Shown piece by piece: positions 7,957 to 16,109 of a stretch of DNA of 27,917 nucleotides. The notes beneath the pieces are model-generated. The model saw nothing but the letters and a program-made list of their open reading frames with translations. It had not been told where the DNA came from and did not search any database. The stretch is from Candidatus Latescibacterota bacterium (GTDB lineage: Bacteria > Latescibacterota > UBA2968). Numbering within the stretch: position 1 is the stretch's first letter; every line of letters starts with the position of its first letter. A program made the translations under genes and the position numbers. The DNA lies in the NCBI GenBank assembly GCA_038279365.1, contig JAYODI010000009.1, positions 1-27,917 on the forward strand, written 5' to 3'.

Positions 7957-8082
7957 TCAGCCATGTTGCTCATAATGACCCTGTTCGGGCCATTTGGGGT
8001 TGCAATGACTTGAAAGAATAACCAAACCAATCAAACTGCTGATAACCGCACAGATTCCAACCCATAAACCCATTCTTTTCAT
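7957..8082 (-). CDS. 41-aa single-TM small protein
   Basis: AAGAGGTGCAT-ATG SD. MKRMGLWVGICAVISSLIGLVILSSHCNPKWPEQGHYEQHG*. Flanked by two terminator-like hairpins. Confidence 0.65.
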   Translation of the reverse strand: MKRMGLWVGICAVISSLIGLVILSSHCNPKWPEQGHYEQHG

Positions 8083-8349
8083 ATGCACCTCTTTTACGTT
8101 ATGTACATGCAACAATCTGATTTCAGATGCACAGTGCCAACTACTTATAAGGACGCCAGGTATCCTAAAAAGTTGCAAAATATATACCACCCATTTCTCT
8201 CCAAACACAAACACGAAACAAGGTAATATTTTACAATCACTTAAAACAAAACACTTCCAATACAACAACACTTAATTCTTAATATTCAGGCAAATAATAC
8301 CGTTATTGCGTGACATTTAAGTGTCATATAACACACCAATATGTTAAAT

Positions 8350-8384
8350 AAAAAAGCGGTCGTCTTTTTTGACGACCGCCTTTT
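8350..8384 (-). terminator. intrinsic terminator of the ispDF-dedA-ddl run
   Basis: Minus strand GCGGTCGTC-AAAAAA-GACGACCGC-TTTTTT, about 30 nt after the ddl stop. Confidence 0.88.
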
Positions 8385-8411
8385 CCGAAATGTTTCACTG
8401 CCCATCCCACA

Positions 8412-9512
8412 TCAAAAATCGAATGTCGTCTTTAACCCTTGTTCACGCTCATATCTTTCAATGGCCAATTGAATGAGCTTATCAATCAAGTCGGGGTAAG
8501 ACAAACCACTGGCTTGCCACAATTTGGGGTACATACTAATGCGCGTAAACCCTGGAATGGTATTGATCTCATTGACCAACCATTGACCACGATCTGTTAA
8601 AAAACAATCAACGCGTGCCATCCCTTCACAACACAACACCTGAAAAGTGCGCACAGCCAATGCTTGAACTTCTTTTACCTGTTCTTCGGATAAATCTGCC
8701 GGAATCTTCAACACGGCCCCATTTTCATCCAAATATTTTGCTTCATATGAATAAAACTCATGCAAAGGCAATACTTCTCCTGGTATAGAGCTTTCAGGAT
8801 GGTCATTTCCCAACACCGCGCACTCAATCTCACGCTTCCCACCAAAGGCCTCTATCAATACTTTGTTGTCATATTGAAATGCTTCAGCCAGTGCATCTGC
8901 CAATTCAGACCGGTCTTTTACCTTGCTAATCCCCACAGATGACCCCTGATTTGCGGGTTTAACAAAAAGTGGCAACCCCAAACGCGCAATCACCGCATCA
9001 ACATCTAAATCCGATGCTTGATATCGCATGACGGTTATAAAATCGGCTGTTGGAATACCCGCATCGCGTATCAACCGCTTCATCACATCTTTATCCATTC
9101 CCGCAGCAGACCCCAATACCCCCGGCCCCACAAAAGGCACATCGGCCAACTTCAACAAACCCTGCACAGTGCCATCTTCACCTAATGGCCCATGCAAAAT
9201 CGGAAACACCACATCCACGGATCCCAAAGACCCCAACTGCGAAGGCCGCACCAATTCACCGCGTCCTTCGGGTATCAATGCCACAAAAGAGCTTTGATCT
9301 TTAACCTCTTCCAAACCCACTTTATTAGACTCTGGCAATAATTTTTCTGCCTCATTTAAAAACCAACGCCCCGTTTTATCAATGCCAATGGGCACCACTT
9401 CATATTTGTTTTTGTCAATGGCATCAATCACATTGCGTGCCGACTGCAAAGACACTTCATGCTCAGAAGACTTCCCACCGAACAAAACCCCCACCCGAAT
9501 CTTTTTTGACAT
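8412..9512 (-). CDS. ddlA: D-alanine--D-alanine ligase (DdlA type)
   Basis: GGKSSEHEVSLQS, HGPLGEDGTVQG, MDK, FVKPANQGSSVG, FYSYEAKY, NEINTIPGFT. ATG at 9512 with AGGTGG SD. Confidence 0.96.
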   Translation of the reverse strand: MSKKIRVGVLFGGKSSEHEVSLQSARNVIDAIDKNKYEVVPIGIDKTGRWFLNEAEKLLPESNKVGLEEVKDQSSFVALIPEGRGELVRPSQLGSLGSVDVVFPILHGPLGEDGTVQGLLKLADVPFVGPGVLGSAAGMDKDVMKRLIRDAGIPTADFITVMRYQASDLDVDAVIARLGLPLFVKPANQGSSVGISKVKDRSELADALAEAFQYDNKVLIEAFGGKREIECAVLGNDHPESSIPGEVLPLHEFYSYEAKYLDENGAVLKIPADLSEEQVKEVQALAVRTFQVLCCEGMARVDCFLTDRGQWLVNEINTIPGFTRISMYPKLWQASGLSYPDLIDKLIQLAIERYEREQGLKTTFDF

Positions 9513-9532
9513 AAAAACCACCTATTTAAAAT

Positions 9533-10156
9533 TCAATTTTTTGCTTGTTTCCGACGCTGTCTAACCCAAAAACCAATTCCCGCCACAGCCATCAGAATGA
9601 GCACGATGCGATTATAAGTTTTCATCACATCAATGACAATCTCCCAATTTTCCCCCACCTTCAACCCAAAATACACCAGCAAAGAGTTCCACAAAAACGT
9701 ACCAACTATCACATAAAGCGTCATACGCAAAGGATTCATGCGACTGATGCCCGCCACAATGCCCACAAACGCACGCACAGTAGGTAAAAAGCGGTTTAAA
9801 ATAACAATTTTATCACCATAACGTGTAAACCAGGCTTCGGCACTGTCGAGATGTGCCTCGGTTGCAAACCGAAATTGAAACTTTAAAAAGAATGCACGCC
9901 CTTTCCAAAAAGCCAACCCATAAACCAACAAACACCCCAAAGCACTGCCCACCCACATCACCATATAAGCGGGCCACACTTGAATAATGCCCACACCTGC
10001 CAAATACGCACCAAAAACAATTAAGGTATCGCCTGGTATGGGTGGTACCACATTTTCCATAAATGCACCCAAAAACAAAAAAAGATAAATCCAAGCTGGC
10101 GGTTGCTCATTTAAAAACGCCAAAAATGATGTTCCCAATTCAGACAAGTATTCCAA
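9533..10156 (-). CDS. DedA family membrane protein
   Basis: 'FMENVVPPIPGD', 'WFTRYG', 'RFLPTVRAFVGIVAG'. A TTG start at 10156 is inferred; the ORF track starts at 10195. Confidence 0.92.
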   Translation of the reverse strand: MEYLSELGTSFLAFLNEQPPAWIYLFLFLGAFMENVVPPIPGDTLIVFGAYLAGVGIIQVWPAYMVMWVGSALGCLLVYGLAFWKGRAFFLKFQFRFATEAHLDSAEAWFTRYGDKIVILNRFLPTVRAFVGIVAGISRMNPLRMTLYVIVGTFLWNSLLVYFGLKVGENWEIVIDVMKTYNRIVLILMAVAGIGFWVRQRRKQAKN

Positions 10157-10200
10157 AACATTCCCTTTTAAAATAAACACACAACCACACCCCAAAGAGA

Positions 10201-11358
10201 TTACCCAATTTGCACCAATGCCACAGCTTGCGCCGCCATGCCTTCTTCACGGCCCACAAAACCCAACTTCTCCGTTGTGGTCGCTTTTACCGAAATGCAG
10301 GCCATATCTACGCCCAATGTCTGAGACAGTTTTTCGCGCATTTGAACAATATGGGGTGCCAACTTGGGGCGCTGTGCCATCACTGTGGCATCCACACTCA
10401 AGACTTTGGCATTTTTTTCGCATACAACATCGGCAACACGCGCCAACAAAACCAAACTGGATATATCTTTGTATTGCGCATCGGTGTCTGGAAACAACTG
10501 CCCAATATCACCAACTCCCAAAGCACCCAATATGGCATCTATAATCACATGCGTTAGCACATCTGCATCGGAGTGGCCCAATAACCCCATCTCATGAGGC
10601 ACATTTACCCCTCCCAAAATCAACGGTCTTCCTTTGACCAATTGGTGTACATCATATCCTTGTCCAATTCGCAACCCTGCAGTCACAATCCCTCGCTTTG
10701 CTAAAATAGACAAACCCAAATCAAGATCATCTGGCGTAGTGATCTTCACATTGTCTACACGCCCTGGCACCACAACCACAGACACACCCATTTGTTCGAC
10801 CAACGCGGTATCATCCGTGCCCAAATAACCCGTCTTTTTGGCTTCCAAATGTGCCTTGCGAATCACATCACCACAAAAGGCCTGGGGGGTTTGTACGGCA
10901 CGCAACACCGAACGATCCAGGGTCTCTACCACCACTTGGCCATCAACACGTTTTACCGTATCGGTCACCAACGTGCCCAATACAGCTGCACCGTGTGTCT
11001 GTGCTTTTGTGATCACAGCATCAATGTCTTCAGGCATCACAAAAGCACGCGCACCATCGTGAACGGCAATCACATCTGCTTCATCTGGCACCGCAGCCAA
11101 ACCACAAGCAACAGAATCTTGGCGTTCGGCCCCACCCGCAACCACTTGAACCACTTTTCCCAAAGCAAACCGATCACGACAAACATCAACCAAATCTGCA
11201 GTCGTCACCAACACCACGGCATCGACACACTCGGCTTTTTCAAAGGCCTCAAGTGTCCACGACAACACGGGTTTGCCCGCCAATTCTATAAATTGCTTTG
11301 GCGTTTTGCTTCCCATGCGTTTGCCAGATCCTGCAGCAAGAACAATGGCATAATTCAT
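10201..11358 (-). CDS. ispDF: bifunctional IspD/IspF (MEP pathway)
   Basis: IspD motifs LAAGSGKRMG..PKQF, HDGAR, QTPQAF, KITTPDDL fused to IspF motifs RIGQGYDVH, GHSDADV, VKATTTEKLGFVGR. ATG at 11358 after GAGGTG. Confidence 0.96.
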   Translation of the reverse strand: MNYAIVLAAGSGKRMGSKTPKQFIELAGKPVLSWTLEAFEKAECVDAVVLVTTADLVDVCRDRFALGKVVQVVAGGAERQDSVACGLAAVPDEADVIAVHDGARAFVMPEDIDAVITKAQTHGAAVLGTLVTDTVKRVDGQVVVETLDRSVLRAVQTPQAFCGDVIRKAHLEAKKTGYLGTDDTALVEQMGVSVVVVPGRVDNVKITTPDDLDLGLSILAKRGIVTAGLRIGQGYDVHQLVKGRPLILGGVNVPHEMGLLGHSDADVLTHVIIDAILGALGVGDIGQLFPDTDAQYKDISSLVLLARVADVVCEKNAKVLSVDATVMAQRPKLAPHIVQMREKLSQTLGVDMACISVKATTTEKLGFVGREEGMAAQAVALVQIG

Positions 11359-11460
11359 ACTCACCTCTTCATCCATTTGTAAAAGCGAGCAAAAACGACA
11401 CCATCATTCAAATAAAAAACGCCATCCATCCTCATAGCAGATGAGAGCGTACGTTGAAAC

Positions 11461-12642
11461 TTATTTTTCATAGGCATCCTGATCGCGTTTTGCCCAATCT
11501 GCATTCACAAACATATTCAACCCAGGATCCACATAAACCCCATCGACTTTTTGTCCATCGTGTTTGCGCAAAAAGTCGATATCCATTTCCACACCCCAAC
11601 CTGGACCACTTGGTAATTGAAAGTGTCCATCAACCACTTCAGGGTATGGCGAACCTGCTTTTTTAACATGTTCATCGGCAAAATCGTTAAAGTGTTCCAA
11701 AATCTTGCCATTGCGAAGCGACGCCATCATGTGCAACGTGGCAACCGTAGTAATAATTCCCCCCACATTATGCGGTGCCACCATCACATTGTAAGATTCT
11801 GCTGTGGAGGCAATTTTTTTGGTTTCCAACAACCCGCCACACTGATTCAAATCGGGCTGAATAATATCCACCACGCGCATGGGAAACAAATCGCGAAACT
11901 CGGCGGCCTTATACAAACGCTCACCTGTGGCAATGGGAATAGACGTATGTTGTGCCACTTTAATCAATGCGCCCAAGTCTTCGGGGCGTGTGGGCTCTTC
12001 AATCCATCCGGGCCGAAATTTTTCAATTTCTTTGGCCACCTCAATGGCCTGATGTGCCGCAAATCGTCCGTGCATTTCAATAAAAATCTGCACCCGATCA
12101 CCGGCAACCGAGTGTACGGCTTCTATTAAATCAATCGACTTGAAAAATTCATCTCGTGTCAATTCCAAATTGCCATTGCCAAATGGGTCAAACTTCATGC
12201 CCAAATACCCCCGATCCACCACTTTTTGCGCAGCTTTGGCATATTCTTCAGGTGAGCGCTCTACCGTGTACCATCCATTGGCATAAGCAGGAATGCGCTC
12301 CGTCGTTTTTCCGCCAATCAATTTATAAACAGGTTGCTTGGTCAACTTGCCAATACAATCCCAACAAGCCATTTCTACCATGGCCAACCCCGTCATCACC
12401 ACTTCACCCGGCACGCCAAAATCCAACAGCGTAAAACGGCGATACATGTCTTCAATGTCATACACATCATGTCCAATAAAATGACGCTTGGTGTCTTTCA
12501 AAAATTCTAACACCGTGTGCGTTTTACCCAACACACGCGCCTCGCCCACACCACGTGTGCCGTCTTCTAACTCGATAAACACATAGGTCAAATTGCGCCA
12601 AGGCGTACCCAAAACATATGTTTCATAACTTTTTATTTTCAT
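11461..12642 (-). CDS. mandelate racemase/enolase-superfamily sugar-acid dehydratase (galactonate/gluconate dehydratase-like)
   Basis: YANGW, KFDPFG (KxD), EMHGR, WIEEP, ATGER, IIQPD, APHN. The substrate cannot be determined from motifs. Confidence 0.9.
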   Translation of the reverse strand: MKIKSYETYVLGTPWRNLTYVFIELEDGTRGVGEARVLGKTHTVLEFLKDTKRHFIGHDVYDIEDMYRRFTLLDFGVPGEVVMTGLAMVEMACWDCIGKLTKQPVYKLIGGKTTERIPAYANGWYTVERSPEEYAKAAQKVVDRGYLGMKFDPFGNGNLELTRDEFFKSIDLIEAVHSVAGDRVQIFIEMHGRFAAHQAIEVAKEIEKFRPGWIEEPTRPEDLGALIKVAQHTSIPIATGERLYKAAEFRDLFPMRVVDIIQPDLNQCGGLLETKKIASTAESYNVMVAPHNVGGIITTVATLHMMASLRNGKILEHFNDFADEHVKKAGSPYPEVVDGHFQLPSGPGWGVEMDIDFLRKHDGQKVDGVYVDPGLNMFVNADWAKRDQDAYEK

Positions 12643-12695
12643 GGTTTAATTCCTCACTGATAATTGGCTGTTTGTTTTGACTTTGTTTAAAAAAA

Positions 12696-13547
12696 TTATA
12701 ACCCATAAAATGAAATGGCTGTCTCTCGATAAAATTTGCGTTTTTCATCTTCAGAACACGCAGAAAGCAATTGATCCAGCGTGGCCACCCAAGTCGGATA
12801 ATCGGTTGCCAAAGTTGAAACCGGCCAGTCTCCCCCATACATCAACCGATCAAAACCAAATGTATCAAACACATGGTCAAGATAAGGTTTTAGATCATCA
12901 AAAGTCCAAGCATCATGGTGGGCCTCAGTAACCACACCCGAAACTTTACACCACACGTTGGGCAATTCGGCCAAACGTTTTAAAGATTCACGCCAAGGGT
13001 CCAAAAGACCGTCTTTAATACCGGGTTTGCCGATATGATCCAAAACAAAAGAAACATTGGGACACTGGCGCACCAATGCCACCGTATTGTCTAATTGCGG
13101 ATGAAAAATACACAAATCAAAACACAAATCAAAATCACTTAGTGCTTGCACCCCTTTTACAAAGTTGGGCTGTAAACAAAAATTGACCGACTCAGACTGA
13201 ATCAAGCGCCGTACGCCTTTTACACCGACAACTTGTACTAAGGCTTCCAAATCGGCCTTTGCCGCTTCTCCCTTATGCAACGGTGCATGCGCCACAATGC
13301 CCTTTAAACGCGGTTCTTCGCCCTCTGCCAAAGAAGCCACCCACTTTGCTTCTTCTAAAAACTGTGAAGGCGCCAAATCACACTCCAAAAACACCATCTG
13401 ATCGACAACCACATCGGCACAATGTTCGCGATAGTCCAACGGCAAAAATGCGCGATTAAGTTTCTCTACACTTGATAACCAAGGATAATTTAAGCGTGTG
13501 GGATCCCACAAATGAACATGTGTATCAACGATGGGAAAATTTGGCAT
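12696..13547 (-). CDS. amidohydrolase-2 family protein, L-fucono/L-rhamnono-lactonase-like
   Basis: DTHVHLWD, KGVRRLIQ, LDHIGKP, NVWCKVSG, RLMYGGDWPV. Confidence 0.88.
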   Translation of the reverse strand: MPNFPIVDTHVHLWDPTRLNYPWLSSVEKLNRAFLPLDYREHCADVVVDQMVFLECDLAPSQFLEEAKWVASLAEGEEPRLKGIVAHAPLHKGEAAKADLEALVQVVGVKGVRRLIQSESVNFCLQPNFVKGVQALSDFDLCFDLCIFHPQLDNTVALVRQCPNVSFVLDHIGKPGIKDGLLDPWRESLKRLAELPNVWCKVSGVVTEAHHDAWTFDDLKPYLDHVFDTFGFDRLMYGGDWPVSTLATDYPTWVATLDQLLSACSEDEKRKFYRETAISFYGL

Positions 13548-13563
13548 ACATCCTCCAAAAAGG

Positions 13564-14601
13564 CTACAAGATCATCATTGCATCACCATAACTATAAAAT
13601 CGATAACGTGCTTGAACCGCTTCCTCATAGGCACGCATCACAAAATCTCGCCCAGCCAACGAAGAAATCAACATCAACAATGTCGATTCAGGTAAATGGA
13701 AATTGGTGACCATCGCATCAACCAATTTAAAATCATACGGTGGATAAATAAACAACCGCGTCCACCCAGATCCTGTACCCAACCGCCAACCCTCACCTTC
13801 TAAAATTGCGGCAGTCTCTAAGGTCCGCACAGATGTTGTCCCCACAGCAATCACGCGCCCGCCTTGTGCCCGACACCGATTCACCGTCTCTGCCGCTTCG
13901 GCACCCACTTCCCAAAACTCGGCATCCATCTCGTGATCACGCACATCATCTGTTGTTACAGGTTTAAATGTACCAGGGCCAACATGCAACAAAACCCGAG
14001 CAATAGAAATACCTTTTTTTTGTATTTCATCTAAGAGTTCGGGCGTAAAATGCAAACCTGCCGTAGGTGCTGCCACAGATCCATCGACTTGTGCATAGAC
14101 GGTCTGATACCGCTCACGATCTTCGGCTGTATCTTCTCGTCGAATATAGGGTGGCAAAGGAATATGCCCTTGTCTAGACAACAAATCATCTAATGTATCA
14201 GACCCCACAAATCGCAATTTACGATGCCCCGAATCCAATACGGCTTCAACAACAGCAACCACATCAGCACCATCAAATGCGATCTCTATGCCTTCTCGAA
14301 GGCGTCGACCGGGCCGCACCATGGCCTCCCAACAGTCTCCATCAGGTCGCAACAACAACACCTCAACAGCCCCTCCAGAACCGGGGCGAAACCCATGTAA
14401 CCGAGCAGGAAACACACGCGTTTCATTGAGCACCAAACAATCACCTGCCCGGAGCAAATCACACACATCGCGAAATGTATGATGTGTGATTGTTTTTTTA
14501 CCCCGATCCAACACCATTAAGCGCGAACCATCACGTTCTGAAGCAGGGTGTTGCGCAATCAGGTCAGCGGGCAAATCATAGTTAAAATTGGAGAGCTTCA
14601 A
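13564..14601 (-). CDS. queA: S-adenosylmethionine:tRNA ribosyltransferase-isomerase
   Basis: LIAQHP, PLPPYI, RYQTVYA, SVAAPTAGLHF, AVGTTSVRTLE, TNFHLPESTL, YRFYSYGDAM. TTG start at 14601 after AAGGA. Confidence 0.97.
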   Translation of the reverse strand: MKLSNFNYDLPADLIAQHPASERDGSRLMVLDRGKKTITHHTFRDVCDLLRAGDCLVLNETRVFPARLHGFRPGSGGAVEVLLLRPDGDCWEAMVRPGRRLREGIEIAFDGADVVAVVEAVLDSGHRKLRFVGSDTLDDLLSRQGHIPLPPYIRREDTAEDRERYQTVYAQVDGSVAAPTAGLHFTPELLDEIQKKGISIARVLLHVGPGTFKPVTTDDVRDHEMDAEFWEVGAEAAETVNRCRAQGGRVIAVGTTSVRTLETAAILEGEGWRLGTGSGWTRLFIYPPYDFKLVDAMVTNFHLPESTLLMLISSLAGRDFVMRAYEEAVQARYRFYSYGDAMMIL

Positions 14602-14624
14602 AGTCACAATCCTTGGCAAATCAA

Positions 14625-14845
14625 CTACTTCTTAAAAAAAATATTCAAAATAACGGAACCAACGACACTTACCACAATGCACGTAACAATCGGAAACGAA
14701 AAATTGAACCCGTCACGCTCAATATGAATATCGCCAGGTAACTTACCTATAAATGGAATTTTGGGCCCCAATGTCACCCCGAGCCCAATGACAAACAATA
14801 CCCCCCCAGAAGCATCAAAAATTTTCCCAAGCTCGAAAATTCCAT
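14625..14845 (-). pseudogene. DUF2905-like small membrane protein, frameshifted at a G7 run (possibly an assembly error)
   Basis: AAGGAG SD. MEFSSLGKFLMLLGG / VLFVIGLGVTLGPKIPFIGKLPGDIHIERDGFNFSFPIVTCIVVSVVGSVILNIFFKK*. The 221-nt span is 74 codons minus 1 nt; adding one G at 14801-14807 repairs it. 'GKLPGDI..FPI.TC' and the position upstream of queA fit DUF2905. Confidence 0.85.
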
Positions 14846-14935
14846 TTCAACATCTCCTTGCTAAATGACATTTCAATTTACTATACGATCCAAAAAGGCA
14901 AAAGGTAAAATTTCCGACAATTGTTTATAAAATAC

Positions 14936-14969
14936 AAACGCCCAAGTTCCAAATAGAACCTGGGCGTTT
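14936..14969 (-). terminator. terminator-like hairpin after the chemoreceptor relic
   Basis: Minus strand AAACGCCCAGGTTC-tatttg-GAACTTGGGCGTTT-GTATTTT. The single mismatch is a G-U pair only on the minus strand. Confidence 0.75.
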
Positions 14970-14988
14970 CCTCAAAAACATCAGACCT

Positions 14989-15243
14989 CTAAAAATCTTC
15001 AAACCCATCATCACTGTCTCATGGCAACAATTCTTCGGGTGTTGGAGGGGCATTGCGGTTCTCGTTTTTGCCATTTTTACCTTTTCGCCCCATCCCCACA
15101 CCTTGAAGCACAAACACTGGCATATCTTTGGCTATTTTATGGCCATTGGGCAATACTGGCACACTTGTCTTTGGTAAATTCAATTTTCTTGATTTGCTGT
15201 TGCTCAATACAAATTGCCCCATCAAAGACACGCAAAAATGCAT
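14989..15243 (-). pseudogene. relic of a methyl-accepting chemotaxis protein C-terminus
   Basis: One frame reads ..SLMGQFVLSNSK..low-complexity linker..PTPEELLP*DSDDGFEDF*. It ends in an xFxxF pentapeptide and has an internal TGA at 15019-15021. Confidence 0.6.
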
Positions 15244-15278
15244 GACTCCCACGCGGATTCGCTTTTGTGAGTTGACAC

Positions 15279-15313
15279 AAAAAAAGGGATGACGCACAAC
15301 AAAACGCCATCCC
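15279..15313 (-). terminator. intrinsic terminator after the kinase-kduD run
   Basis: Minus strand GGGATGGCG-N10-CGTCATCCC-TTTTTTT. Confidence 0.85.
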
Positions 15314-15338
15314 GTAACCGCAAGCTATAAAGGTATCC

Positions 15339-16106
15339 TTAGCGCCCCATCCATCCACCATCAACCGTCACAATTGACCCATTCATATAATTTGAAGCAG
15401 GCGAGCACAAAAACACACAGGCACCCTTCATATCATCGGGCGTGCCCCAACGACCTTGTGGAATACGCGTTAAAATTTGTTCACTGCGCACAGGATCTTT
15501 GCGCAAAGCATCTGTATTGTCTGTTTCAATATATCCAGGTGCAATTGCATTCACATTGACACCTTTGCTTGCCCACTCATTTGCAAGCGCCATTGTTAAT
15601 GTTGCAATGCCACCTTTTGCCGCGGCATACCCCGGCACAGTCAAGCCACCTTGAAAACTCAACAAAGACGCAGTAAACACAATCTTACCCGTCCCCCGAG
15701 CCACCATCTCTTTGCCAAATTCGCGTGCCAAAACAAACTGTGCATTCAAATTGACCTCAATTACCTTATCCCAATATTCATCGGGATGATTGGCAGCGGG
15801 TTCACGCAAAATAGTTCCCGCATTGTTTACCAAAATATCAATTTGGCCCACTTCGGCTTTTACGTTTTCAACAAATGCATGCAAAGCTTTTCGATCTGAA
15901 AAATCACAGGCATACCCCTTAAAAGATCGCCCCAAAGCAGTCACGTCTTTTTCCACTTGGCTGCCCGCAGCTTCCAAAGAAGCACTCACACCCACAATAT
16001 TGGCCCCGGCTTCCGCCAGTGCCTGGGCAAACCCAAGCCCAATACCTCGGCGACAACCTGTCACCAAAGCAGTTTTACCATCCAACCTAAATTGCTCCAA
16101 AATCAT
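15339..16106 (-). CDS. kduD: SDR, 2-dehydro-3-deoxy-D-gluconate 5-dehydrogenase (KduD)-like
   Basis: TGCRRGIG, NNAG, SLLSFQGGLTVPGYAAAKGG, NAIAPGYI, RIPQGRWG, VDGGWMGR. Confidence 0.88.
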   Translation of the reverse strand: MILEQFRLDGKTALVTGCRRGIGLGFAQALAEAGANIVGVSASLEAAGSQVEKDVTALGRSFKGYACDFSDRKALHAFVENVKAEVGQIDILVNNAGTILREPAANHPDEYWDKVIEVNLNAQFVLAREFGKEMVARGTGKIVFTASLLSFQGGLTVPGYAAAKGGIATLTMALANEWASKGVNVNAIAPGYIETDNTDALRKDPVRSEQILTRIPQGRWGTPDDMKGACVFLCSPASNYMNGSIVTVDGGWMGR

Positions 16107-16109
16107 AAC

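Noticed and set aside
8412-9512. Van-type D-Ala-D-Lac ligase
   Set aside because: The omega loop FYSYEAKY is of the D-Ala-D-Ala type, and there are no vanH/vanX neighbours.
10201-11358. IspD-IspF fusion as a novelty
   Set aside because: Bifunctional IspDF is well known in many bacteria.
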